Assembly (NCBI GenBank): GCA_905215325.1 | Contig: CAJMPP010000005.1 | Coordinates: 11,454-75,453, forward strand | Direction: 5' to 3' | From: an uncultured bacterium | GTDB lineage: Bacteria; Actinomycetota; Coriobacteriia; Coriobacteriales; Eggerthellaceae | DNA: 64,000 bases | Shown here: piece after piece, positions 8,196 through 16,894 of the stretch | How positions within the stretch are numbered: the first letter of the stretch is position 1 | Layout of the letters: every line of letters begins with the position of its first letter | The notes under the pieces: generated by a model | The model's input: only the letters and a program-made list of their open reading frames with translations | The model's database searches: none | Told to the model about the DNA's origin: nothing | Made by a program: the position numbers and the translations under genes

Positions 8196-9338
8196 CTAGG
8201 CGCCGAACAACGCGGCGGTTTCCGCCATACGCTGGGCGATGGGCACGCCGAACGGGCAGTTCGGTTCGCAGGCGCCGCAGCCCGTGCAGTCCCCGGCGCG
8301 AACCTCGAGCGCCAGGTAATGGTCGCGCACGGATGCGGGCACCTCGTCCTGCATCTGCGCCAGGTCAGAGTACTTGTTCACCGTGGCTATGTCGATTCCC
8401 GCGGTACAAGGCTGGCAATGCCCGCAGTAGATGCAGTTGCCGTAATAGGCGTGCTGCGGGGCGTTCGCCAGGATGGACGCGTAGCTTTTCGCTTTGTCGT
8501 CGGCGGATTCGTAGGCCAGGCAGCCCGCGCATTCCTCGATGTCCCTGAAGCCGGCCAACACGGAGGCCACCGCGGGGCGCGTCAAGCAGTAATGGCAAGC
8601 TTGCACAGAGGTCATCGCCGCACCGAACGGCGACTTCTCGGCGTCGAACAGGCGCCCGCCCGCGAACGGCTTCATGACGGTGATGCCCACGCCGCTTTCC
8701 TCGCACAGCGCGTAAAGGCGCTTGCGCTGCGGGTCCATATTCTCAAGGCCGGGCTGGTACTCATCCTTGAACAGGTCGTTGATGTCCTCGGAAGCGGGCA
8801 GCATGTCGTAAGCGGGGTTAATGGAGAACATAATCATCTCGATGTCCGGCGTTTCCGCTGCCCGCAGCGCCACCTCGGGGTTGTGCGTGGAGATGCCGAT
8901 ATGGTCGATGCGCCCGGCGGCCTTCTCCGCTCTGACGTACTCGATGAACGGGCCGGCCATGATCCCATCGAATTCAGTGAGCGAATCGACGAAGTGGATG
9001 AGGCCGAGCTCGATATGCCCGCCGAAGCACGAGAGCAGCTCCTCCCAAGCCGGGATCACCGCATCCATCACGCGCGTGCGGGTGTACTGGCCGTTTTGCC
9101 AGGTGGCGCCGAAGTGGCCTTGCACGATCCACTTGTCGCGGTGCGCACAGACGGCGTTGCCCAAAGCCCTGCGCACCGCCGGGTCGGCCATCCAACAATC
9201 GACGATGTTGACGCCCTGCTCCGCTGCATAATCAGCCAAACGGGAAACCATCTCCTGGTTATCGCCCGGCATCCACTCCGCACCGAAGCCGATCTCGCTG
9301 ACCATAAGGCCCGTCCTGCCCAAACACCTATAGTTCAT
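8196..9338 (-). CDS. Aldo/keto reductase fused to a C-terminal 2x[4Fe-4S] ferredoxin domain
   Basis: The track ORF is 8196-9398. The preferred start is ATG 9338 (MNYRCLGRTGLMVSEIGFG). An AKR barrel is followed by CIYCGHCQPC and CTGCGACEPNCP cluster motifs. Confidence 0.85.
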   Translation of the reverse strand: MNYRCLGRTGLMVSEIGFGAEWMPGDNQEMVSRLADYAAEQGVNIVDCWMADPAVRRALGNAVCAHRDKWIVQGHFGATWQNGQYTRTRVMDAVIPAWEELLSCFGGHIELGLIHFVDSLTEFDGIMAGPFIEYVRAEKAAGRIDHIGISTHNPEVALRAAETPDIEMIMFSINPAYDMLPASEDINDLFKDEYQPGLENMDPQRKRLYALCEESGVGITVMKPFAGGRLFDAEKSPFGAAMTSVQACHYCLTRPAVASVLAGFRDIEECAGCLAYESADDKAKSYASILANAPQHAYYGNCIYCGHCQPCTAGIDIATVNKYSDLAQMQDEVPASVRDHYLALEVRAGDCTGCGACEPNCPFGVPIAQRMAETAALFGA

Positions 9339-9567
9339 GGAACCCCCTCTTCGCTTGATACCGTACCCGTATCCTACCAGGAGCAGCCCCGCCGACATAC
9401 GCCGACAGCCTCGCCACCCGAATCGAGGATCGAGCTATGCAACACCAACGGCGGGCAAAAAAGCCGGTCTCTGCGTAAGAAAACCCTAACCAATCCGCCT
9501 ATAATACGATGCTATGACTCATGCGTTGCGCACGGCAGCGCACACCCGCGAACTAAAGGAGCTCTGC

Positions 9568-10548
9568 ATGGATCCCAACAAGCGTCCCGACGACATGGTG
9601 CGCATCACCACCCCCGAACTCGCCCAAGCCTTCATCGACGAACAGGTTGCCGCAGTCCGCGAGCAGATCGGCGACAAGAAGGTCCTGCTGGCCCTTTCCG
9701 GCGGCGTTGACAGCTCCGTCGTCGCAGCGCTGCTCATCAAGGCCATCGGCAAGCAGCTCATCTGCGTGCATGTGAACCACGGCCTCATGCGCAAGGGCGA
9801 AAGCGAGCAGGTCATCGACGTGTTCAAGAATCAGCTGGATGCGAACCTGGTCTACGTGGACGCCACCGACCGCTTCCTCGGCAAGCTCATCGACGTCGAG
9901 GAGCCCGAGACGAAGCGCAAGATCATCGGCGCGGAATTCATCCGCGTGTTCGAGGAAGAGGCCCGCAAGGTCGGCAACGAGGTCAGCTTCCTGGCGCAGG
10001 GCACCATCTACCCCGACATCCTGGAGTCCCAGGACGGCGTGAAGGCGCACCACAACGTGGGCGGCCTGCCCGAGGACCTGCAGTTCGAGCTGTGCGAGCC
10101 CGTCAAGCTGCTGTACAAAGACGAGGTGCGCGTGGTCGGCCGCGAGCTCGGCCTGCCCGAGAACATGGTCGAGCGCCAGCCCTTCCCCGGCCCCGGCCTG
10201 GGCGTTCGCTGCTTGGGCGCCATCACCCGCGATCGCCTGGAGGCGCTGCGCGAGGCCGACGCCATCGTGCGCGAGGAGATCGACAACGCCGGCCTGACCA
10301 TCTGGCAGTACTTCGCCGTGGTCCCCGACTTCCGCGCAACCGGCGTGCGCGAGGGCAAGCGCGCCTACGACTGGCCCTGCATCATCCGCTGCATCAACAC
10401 GGTCGACGTCATGACCGCCGAGGTGCCCGAGCTTGACTGGGCGCTGCTCAAGCGCATCACCGCCCGCATCACCGCTGAGGTCCCCCGCATCTGCCGCGTG
10501 TGCTACGACCTCACCCCCAAGCCCGTAGGCACGGTGGAGTGGGAATAA
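9568..10548 (+). CDS. guaA: GMP synthase, ATP-pyrophosphatase/dimerisation part only (no GATase domain)
   Basis: The track ORF is 9514-10548. The preferred start is ATG 9568, with AAAGGAG upstream. PP-loop SGGVDSSV, GTIYPD, HHNVGGLP, FPGPGLGVR and C-terminal GTVEWE are collinear with residues about 200-525 of E. coli GuaA. Confidence 0.9.
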   Translation: MDPNKRPDDMVRITTPELAQAFIDEQVAAVREQIGDKKVLLALSGGVDSSVVAALLIKAIGKQLICVHVNHGLMRKGESEQVIDVFKNQLDANLVYVDATDRFLGKLIDVEEPETKRKIIGAEFIRVFEEEARKVGNEVSFLAQGTIYPDILESQDGVKAHHNVGGLPEDLQFELCEPVKLLYKDEVRVVGRELGLPENMVERQPFPGPGLGVRCLGAITRDRLEALREADAIVREEIDNAGLTIWQYFAVVPDFRATGVREGKRAYDWPCIIRCINTVDVMTAEVPELDWALLKRITARITAEVPRICRVCYDLTPKPVGTVEWE

Positions 10549-10573
10549 GCCCAAAACAACATATCGCTCATCC

Positions 10574-10606
10574 AAGGCGCCTTGCTCTTTGCAAGGCGCC
10601 TTTTTC
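10574..10606 (+). terminator. Rho-independent terminator after guaA
   Basis: AAGGCGCCTTGC - loop - GCAAGGCGCCTT, followed by TTTT. Confidence 0.65.
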
Positions 10607-10667
10607 ATGAGGAATCGTCTGTAATGCTTCTTGCAACGACGAACAACATGCCGGATTTACATTTCAT

Positions 10668-10710
10668 AATGCAATATATAATTGACATTATGATTTAAAT
10701 GCAATATATT
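10668..10710 (+). promoter_or_regulatory. Promoter with duplicated 12-nt box upstream of the XRE gene
   Basis: TTGACA (10682-10687), N17, TATATT (10705-10710). The direct repeat AATGCAATATAT occurs at 10668-10679 and 10698-10709; the second copy overlaps the -10 element. Confidence 0.5.
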
Positions 10711-10757
10711 TCTGTCATGTTGCAACGGATATCTGTCCATATGTCGAAAGGAAGTCC

Positions 10758-10967
10758 ATGCCAGGTCAGAAAAACCTACGCATGAAGGCAGCGCGCGCAG
10801 CGGCCGGCCTTTCGCAATCCGATTTAGCCGAAGCCGTCGGCGTCACACGCCAAACCATCGGCCTCATCGAGGCCGGCGGTTACAATCCCACGCTCAATTT
10901 ATGCGTTGCCATTTGCAAAACCCTTCATGTCACCCTAAACGACCTTTTCTGGGACGAAGAACGCTAA
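10758..10967 (+). CDS. XRE-family (Cro/CI-type) HTH transcriptional regulator
   Basis: 69 aa. LSQSDLAEAVGVTRQTIGLIEAGGYNPTLNLCVAICKTL is a typical HTH_3 domain. Confidence 0.85.
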   Translation: MPGQKNLRMKAARAAAGLSQSDLAEAVGVTRQTIGLIEAGGYNPTLNLCVAICKTLHVTLNDLFWDEER

Positions 10968-11033
10968 CCCGTTTTCATCGTTCCCAACCCAGCACGTTAC
11001 CCAAACCAAGACATATCCTTTTAGGAGAGAATC

Positions 11034-11618
11034 ATGAAACTGCAAAATATGAAACTTGCCCAGAAATGGCGCGAATATGCCGGCCCGAAGGACGAGCGTC
11101 TTGAGGCCGAGAACGCGAAAATCTACAAGCTTGGGTTCATGCTGCTATCGTTCGGAATGCTCACGTTGCTTGTGTATCAAATCATGGCCCAGCAGGTAGC
11201 GTGGGTGCACGATGGCGCCGGCGAAGCGTTTCGTCTCTTCGCAAATCCCGTTGACGCCGTCATGTACGCATGGCTTTTCATCGTGATGACCGTCTGTGCC
11301 GTGCTGCAAACGAGGAAAGGCTATGTCGACACCAACCGTTTCGGGCAAACAGAGCACATTCCCACGGGCTATTTCCTGCTCATTTCGGGCATCACCGGCA
11401 TCGCAAGCGCACTCGCCATCGCTGCTATGCGCTGCATCGCCGAGGCGCAGATCGTACCGATCGAAAGCGTCTTTTGGGGAGCGAACCTGGCAACGGGCGT
11501 AGTGTTCGGCGTGACCATCTTCGTTGCCGTATTCGGCGCGCTGTGCTTAGCATTCTTTGAGGCAAAACAGCGCCGCGCGAAAATCGAAGCGGAACTAGAC
11601 TGCCCCGACGACCTGTAA
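11034..11618 (+). CDS. Four-TM membrane protein of unknown function, paired with the XRE regulator
   Basis: 194 aa. A charged N-terminus (KDERLEAENAKIYK) is followed by four hydrophobic spans. RBS GGAGAGA lies upstream. This small-XRE plus membrane-protein gene pair is common in Gram-positive bacteria. Confidence 0.6.
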   Translation: MKLQNMKLAQKWREYAGPKDERLEAENAKIYKLGFMLLSFGMLTLLVYQIMAQQVAWVHDGAGEAFRLFANPVDAVMYAWLFIVMTVCAVLQTRKGYVDTNRFGQTEHIPTGYFLLISGITGIASALAIAAMRCIAEAQIVPIESVFWGANLATGVVFGVTIFVAVFGALCLAFFEAKQRRAKIEAELDCPDDL

Positions 11619-11686
11619 CCTAAAGAGCGCCGAAGCAAGGCAGCCCACTGTAGCCCTAAACGTACAGTTTTTGAAGCCTATAAGCT

Positions 11687-11880
11687 CTCGAACAACGAGC
11701 CACATAGGAGCAGGATTCGCTTCCTGTGGCATTCCGCCGCGATGCCCTCGAGAACAGTCTCGCAGCCGCGCAGGGGCAGAATCCCCGTGCCCTGAGCCAT
11801 CATATCGCGTTGTCCTCGAGCGCAATCATGCAACCGCGCAGGGGCAGGATTTCGTCTATGCCGTCCCGCGAACAACACGA
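11687..11880. repeat. About three degenerate tandem units of 60-68 bp
   Basis: Units begin CTCGA(A/G) at 11687, 11747 and 11815. They share the core GCA(G/A)CCGCGCAGGGGCAG(A/G)AT and, in unit 1, GGAGCAGGAT. Confidence 0.5.
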
Positions 11881-11881
11881 A

Positions 11882-11910
11882 CCGCGCCCGCACAATCTTC
11901 TTGGGCGCGG
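11882..11910. terminator. GC hairpin between the convergent membrane-protein and degV genes
   Basis: CCGCGCCC-N13-GGGCGCGG. On the minus strand a T-rich tail (TTCGTGTTGTT) follows. Confidence 0.4.
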
Positions 11911-11985
11911 CTTAACCGTTTCTGAAACGCTGTATTGTTAATAAAACCGAATCTTTGCAATCAACGACGCGCGGCAATCTACCAG

Positions 11986-12822
11986 CTAAAAGCCGACGAT
12001 CAGGCCGCCGCGTTCGGCGTAGTAGCTGCAAAGACCCCTGGTCGGGAGGATCTCTACCCGGGAGTCAGCCCATGCGCCCAAGATGCCTTCTTTGAGAGCC
12101 TGGGCAACGGCATGGTTGTCGCAATGGCTGATGGCAACGTTGCCGCCGGCAAACCCGCGCTCCCTCATGCACTCGATAAGCGCGCGAACGGTGCGCTTCG
12201 GGCCGCGTGTCTTGCCCTCGACGACGATCCGGCCCTCGTCGCTTGCGCTGCCGATGCCCCACATGCCAAGCGCCTTGGCCAGAAAGCCCGCCATCTTGTT
12301 CATGCGACCGTTTTTGATCAGATTGTCGAAGGACGAAAGCGCGAAGATCACCTTGGTCTTATCCAGAAACGCGTTCGCTCGATCCACCGCCTCATCGAAG
12401 TCGATGCCCTCGCGGGCGAGCCTTTCGATCTCGCGCACGCAAAGGACCAGCTCAGGGCCGGTAGAGCGGGAATCCAACACGGCGATCTTCTTGTCCGGGT
12501 CCGCTTCAAGCGCCAGGTCGCGGGCGGTGAGCGCGCTATTCATGCTTCCGGAGAGCTGCGACGAGATGGTGATGGCGAAGGTGCAATCAGCTTTCTCGAA
12601 CTGCTCAAGCCACGCACCCGGGGCAGGGCACGAGGTGTAGCTGGCGGTCTTCTCCTGCTCCATGTCGCGCAGCATCTCCTCGATATCGAGCTGCTCGTCA
12701 TCGGTATACCCGCGGACACCGACGCTGATCTCGAACGGCACGCTGGATAGCTCGATCGCATCGGATCGATAGTCCGACGGGATAAGGTCGCAGCTTGAAT
12801 CCGTGACCACGTTCCATTTCAT
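11986..12822 (-). CDS. DegV-family (FakB-like) fatty-acid-binding protein
   Basis: The track ORF is 11986-12882. The preferred start is ATG 12822 (MKWNVVTDSSCDL), with GAAAGGA upstream. DegV signatures run throughout. Confidence 0.9.
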   Translation of the reverse strand: MKWNVVTDSSCDLIPSDYRSDAIELSSVPFEISVGVRGYTDDEQLDIEEMLRDMEQEKTASYTSCPAPGAWLEQFEKADCTFAITISSQLSGSMNSALTARDLALEADPDKKIAVLDSRSTGPELVLCVREIERLAREGIDFDEAVDRANAFLDKTKVIFALSSFDNLIKNGRMNKMAGFLAKALGMWGIGSASDEGRIVVEGKTRGPKRTVRALIECMRERGFAGGNVAISHCDNHAVAQALKEGILGAWADSRVEILPTRGLCSYYAERGGLIVGF

Positions 12823-13059
12823 GTAGGCCGTCCTTTCCCGATGCGTCAGGGCGCCCGCATGCAACATGCGCCCCGCATCCATCTCTTTTCCCTGTATCCA
12901 TCAGTCGAAGCGCAGCTTCTCCGCGCCCTTACATCGTAAGAAACCATCATGCCCATGACTTTCCCCATAATGCAAGGGTATGCGGCCAATCTCAAGCCGA
13001 AAGACCGCCGCAGCAAGCGCTACGGCGTTTCAAACCGCCCAAATCTTCCCCAACGCAAG

Positions 13060-13090
13060 AAAGGGAACGGGTGAAAAACCCGTTCCCTTT
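13060..13090 (-). terminator. Rho-independent terminator after the triple-RidA gene
   Basis: AAAGGGAACGGG - TGAAAAA - CCCGTTCCCTTT. On the minus strand it is followed by CTTGCGTT. Confidence 0.6.
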
Positions 13091-13139
13091 CCAAAACCAT
13101 CGGTTGCCCGATGATCGACAAGGGTCCGCAGACGATTCG

Positions 13140-14405
13140 CTAGGCGATCGGCGGGGTGCCCTCGAAGTTGCCGAAGATGGCATCGATCTGGATGGCGGCG
13201 CCCATGGGCAGGTTCGCAACGCCGACCACGCGACGAGCGGGGGTTCCCTCGGGGAAGAACTGGGCGTACACCTCGTTGACGGCGTCCATGTCGTTCATGT
13301 CCTCCACGAAGATGTTCACCTTGACGCAGTCCTCCAGGACATGGTCGACGCTCTCGATGATGGCCTTGATGTTCTTGAGAGCCTGCTCGGTCTCGGCCTT
13401 CACGCCGCCGGCGACCAGCGCGCCCGTTGCCGGGTCGATGCCGAGCTGGGCGGAGATGTTGTTGTAGTGGGAGAACGCCACGGTCTGGGAGGACAGCTCG
13501 TCCTTCGGAGCGTTGGCGATGTTGTTGGCCTCGATGATCAGGCCATGACGGGCCTCGACGGCCTGCGGCGGGGTGCCGTCGCCGTGGGAGCACACGGCCT
13601 CGATCTGCACGAGGGCGTGCTGCGGCAAGTCGGTGACCTCGACCACGGTGCGGGCCGGCAGGTAGTTGACGGCGCGGGCGATGCCCGAATCCGGGAAGAA
13701 GCGCTTGTAGATCTCGTTCATGGCCTCAACGTCGCCGAGGTCCTTCAGGAAGACGGTGACCTTGACGATGTCGTCGAACGGAACATCCATGGCGGTCAGG
13801 ACGGCCTTGATGTTCTTCAGACACTGAGCGGTCTGCTCCTGCACGCCGCCCATGACGATCTGGTTGGAAACCGGGTCGATCGGCAGCTGAGCGGTGATGT
13901 TGTTGTAGTGGGAGAACGCCACGGACTGCGTGGACATCGCGTCGAACGGGGCGTTGTGGGTGTTGTTGGCGTACTTGACCAGGTCGCCGGCCTGGGGCTC
14001 GTTCGGGATGGTGCCTTCGCCGTTGGTGAGCAGAGCCTCAACCTGGACCAGGGCGCCCATGGGCAGATCGTTGACGGCAACGATGGTGCGGGCGGGCACG
14101 TAGGTGGTGAAGAAGGACTTGTAAGCCCTCTCCACAACGTCGATGTCCATGATGTCCTTGACGAAGATGGTGACGCGAACGACGTCGTTCAGGTCATGAT
14201 CGATGCTTGCAACGATGGCTGCGATGTTGCGGAAGCACTGCTCTGCCTGCTCCTTGACACCGCCCTCGACGATAGCACCGGTCTTAGGATCGACAGGCAG
14301 CTGAGCCGAGAGGTTGTTGTAATGGGAGAAAGCGACGGTCTGAGAGCACATCGGGCACTTCGGTGCGTTCTCGGTGTTCCTTGCCACTACCACGTTATCC
14401 GCCAT
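13140..14405 (-). CDS. Three tandem RidA/YjgF/TdcF-type domains in one polypeptide (421 aa)
   Basis: The track ORF is 13140-14462. The preferred start is ATG 14405 (MADNVVVARNT), with AGAAAGGG upstream. There are three collinear modules of about 125 aa. Each has SQTVAFSHYNN(L/I)(S/T)AQL ... GGV(K/Q)EQ(A/T) ... (V/I)FV/L(K/E)D ... PAR(T/R)(I/V)V ... LP.(G/H)A.(V/I)Q(V/I)(E/D)A. Confidence 0.85.
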   Translation of the reverse strand: MADNVVVARNTENAPKCPMCSQTVAFSHYNNLSAQLPVDPKTGAIVEGGVKEQAEQCFRNIAAIVASIDHDLNDVVRVTIFVKDIMDIDVVERAYKSFFTTYVPARTIVAVNDLPMGALVQVEALLTNGEGTIPNEPQAGDLVKYANNTHNAPFDAMSTQSVAFSHYNNITAQLPIDPVSNQIVMGGVQEQTAQCLKNIKAVLTAMDVPFDDIVKVTVFLKDLGDVEAMNEIYKRFFPDSGIARAVNYLPARTVVEVTDLPQHALVQIEAVCSHGDGTPPQAVEARHGLIIEANNIANAPKDELSSQTVAFSHYNNISAQLGIDPATGALVAGGVKAETEQALKNIKAIIESVDHVLEDCVKVNIFVEDMNDMDAVNEVYAQFFPEGTPARRVVGVANLPMGAAIQIDAIFGNFEGTPPIA

Positions 14406-14894
14406 GGCAATACCCTTTCTGTTGACAGCCTTCAATGAGGTTGCGCAAATACGTTTTCCCACGACTTGCGTCTCAGCGCATTAAACTTGACGGCGATTGT
14501 CATTGTCAATCGATTTTCAGCAAATTCGTTGCCGACATCTATCGGTCGAATCCCGGGAATCTAAGCGGAAAAATGATTGCCTGATCCCATAATCCTTATG
14601 TTTCGGCGCGTATTTTCCAGCGAAACCCTGTTCATTCCGCATACCGATCAATGCCTTTTTCTGCAAAGTTTTTTCCAGCCGTTACCATTTCGTCAATCAC
14701 GTTTCCCGGCGAAAAACAGCCGCTTGCCGTCGAAACCCATCCCTGACGAATCAAGGGCGAACCGTCAAGCCAACGGAAAAAGCCCTTGCTACACTCTCGC
14801 CGAAGGGAGCGGGCCGAGCCGGATGCACGCCGTCGCAAAATAGCCGAACGGCGCCTCAGGCGGCCCGCAAGCATGCAAGGAGAAGGGATCCGCC

Positions 14895-15917
14895 ATGTTT
14901 TTCTACGAGCCGCTATCGGCGACGGCATGCGTGAGCGTTTTGCTGTACCTGGCATTTCTGATCGGCATGAACGAGCTGTCGCGCTTGAACAAATGGATCG
15001 GCGCGGTCATATTCATCGCACTGCCGACCGTTCTGACCGTCTTCGTCTGGCCCCATACCGCGGTCGAAGGCACGGGCGCCGGCACCTGGTTCCAGTGGGT
15101 GAAAACCTACTCGTGCTTGGCCGGAGCGATCTTGGGCTGGTTGATCGTCTACTTCCCCGCCTTCCAGAAGAAGTACATCGTCTGCATCCCGCCCATCATC
15201 TTCGCCATCAACATCCTTGAGGCATGCATCCGCGACTTCCAGCTCACGGGCGTCAACGGCATCGTCGACGGCTACATGGTGGTCGGCGGCCCGTGGAACG
15301 TCATGAACGGCATCGCCGGCATCTTGAACGCCATCTGCATCTGCGGCTTCTTCGGCATCATCGTCAGCCGCGGCAAGAAGAAGGACTACGTCTGGCCCGA
15401 TCAGCTGTGGTTCTGGATCATCGGCTACGACCTGTGGAACTTCGCCTACACCTACAACAGCGTCTCCGACCGCTCCATGTACTGCGGCCTGGTGCTTCTG
15501 GCAGCCTGCACCATCCCGGCGTTCTTCATCAAGCGCGGCGCCTACGCACAGCACCGCGTCCGCACGCTTGCCGTGAACATGATCGTCACCATGACCATCC
15601 CCTGGTTCTTCCTGCATCCGGCGTTTGTGGTCCATTCCACCAACAACCCTGCAGCTCACATGACCATCTCGGTCATCGCGCTCATCTTCAACGCGGGCGT
15701 GTTCATCTACCAGGCCTACACGATCTTCGGCAAGAAGCGCAACCCCTTCAAGCAGGAGCTCTACATCGACAACCCGCGCTTCCGCAGGGTGTACCTCGAA
15801 AGCATCGACGTTCCCGAAGGCCAACGCGAAGCGGCGCTGGCCAACCTGGAGGAGTTCGGCTACGCGGCCGCATGGGACGAGAAGGGCCGCGTCAAAACCC
15901 TGGTGGAGCGCCCGTAA
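14895..15917 (+). CDS. Multi-pass membrane protein of unknown function
   Basis: 340 aa with about 8 hydrophobic spans and a soluble C-terminal tail. RBS AAGGAGAAGGG lies upstream of ATG 14895. No family is assigned with confidence. Confidence 0.6.
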   Translation: MFFYEPLSATACVSVLLYLAFLIGMNELSRLNKWIGAVIFIALPTVLTVFVWPHTAVEGTGAGTWFQWVKTYSCLAGAILGWLIVYFPAFQKKYIVCIPPIIFAINILEACIRDFQLTGVNGIVDGYMVVGGPWNVMNGIAGILNAICICGFFGIIVSRGKKKDYVWPDQLWFWIIGYDLWNFAYTYNSVSDRSMYCGLVLLAACTIPAFFIKRGAYAQHRVRTLAVNMIVTMTIPWFFLHPAFVVHSTNNPAAHMTISVIALIFNAGVFIYQAYTIFGKKRNPFKQELYIDNPRFRRVYLESIDVPEGQREAALANLEEFGYAAAWDEKGRVKTLVERP

Positions 15918-16108
15918 CGTTCGCCGAAATCCCCACGACCCACAACCCGAACGCGTTCTTCGCCATCAGCCTGGTGGCGCTCATCGCCAATGTGGCCCTT
16001 GCCGCCTACCAGCTACGCCGAATCCGCGCACGGCGCCTTAACCCGCTTAAGGACGAGCTCTATAATGACACGAAGAGCTATCGAGAAGTCGTCGAGGAAA
16101 ACCGCTGA
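15917..16108 (+). pseudogene. 3' fragment of a paralogue of the preceding membrane-protein gene
   Basis: The fragment reads TFAEIPTTHNPNAFFAISLVALIANVALAAYQLRRIRARRLNPLKDELYNDTKSYREVVEENR*. It parallels HSTNNPAAHMTISVIALIFNAGVFIYQAYTIFGKKRNPFKQELYIDNPRFRRVYLES at the C-terminus of 14895-15917. It has no start codon and begins at the upstream stop. Confidence 0.5.
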
Positions 16109-16156
16109 TCTACAGCGAACCGCGCCTTAGCGCACGCAGCGCGGCGGCTTCCCAAC

Positions 16157-16894
16157 ATGCGAAGGAGCCCCGTGTCTGCACTGGACAGCAAGCCGTTACC
16201 CGGATTCGATCCTGACCTGCCGCACCCCGTCACGCGGCAGGTCAGGCAAAGCGCGCGGCTTGAAGGCACCGCCGGCGACATCATGCTGGCGGCGCGCGAG
16301 CTTTACGAAACCGAGGGGGTCGCCGCAACCAGCATGGCCGCCATCGCCCGCAAGGCCGGCGTGGCGCGCAGCCTTCTGTACTATTACTTCCCCGACAAGC
16401 AGGCCGTCACCGACGCCGTGATCGAGGACTATCTTGAGGATCTGGTCGAAAGCGTGTCCACCTGGAACGAGCTGCGCGCATTCGGCGAAACCCCCTCGGA
16501 ACTGAAAAACTGCGTGTCCATGCTGCGACGCGCGCTCTACACCGCATCGGGCGACCCTCGCCCGATGTTTTCCGTGCTCGAGGAGCTAGGCCTGCGCGAC
16601 CGCTTCGCCACGCAGGCCGTCCGCGAGGTGGTGGCATGCATCCAGAACTACATCGTGTCCGAGTACATGGCGTACCGGACCATCGAGATCCAACTGATCC
16701 CTGAGACGTTCGGCCTGCTCATATTCGGGTTAGCGGGGATGATGAAGGCCAAGCCCGACATCACCGACGACGAGCTTGCAACGCTTATCGCCCAAACGCT
16801 TCGCCTTGACATGACGGTGATCGATCCGCCGCCATGGCCGGAGCACCCTGATGCGCCTTCGCGCCCGACGCCATCTCCCGATGGCGCGGCTTAG
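16157..16894 (+). CDS. TetR/AcrR-family transcriptional regulator
   Basis: 245 aa. HTH region IMLAARELYETEGVAATSMAAIARKAGVARSLLYYYFPDKQAV. Confidence 0.8.
   Translation: MRRSPVSALDSKPLPGFDPDLPHPVTRQVRQSARLEGTAGDIMLAARELYETEGVAATSMAAIARKAGVARSLLYYYFPDKQAVTDAVIEDYLEDLVESVSTWNELRAFGETPSELKNCVSMLRRALYTASGDPRPMFSVLEELGLRDRFATQAVREVVACIQNYIVSEYMAYRTIEIQLIPETFGLLIFGLAGMMKAKPDITDDELATLIAQTLRLDMTVIDPPPWPEHPDAPSRPTPSPDGAA

Noticed and set aside
13071-14438. 455-aa plus-strand ORF with internal repeats
   Set aside because: It is antisense to the triple-RidA gene. Its repeats merely mirror the RidA triplication.
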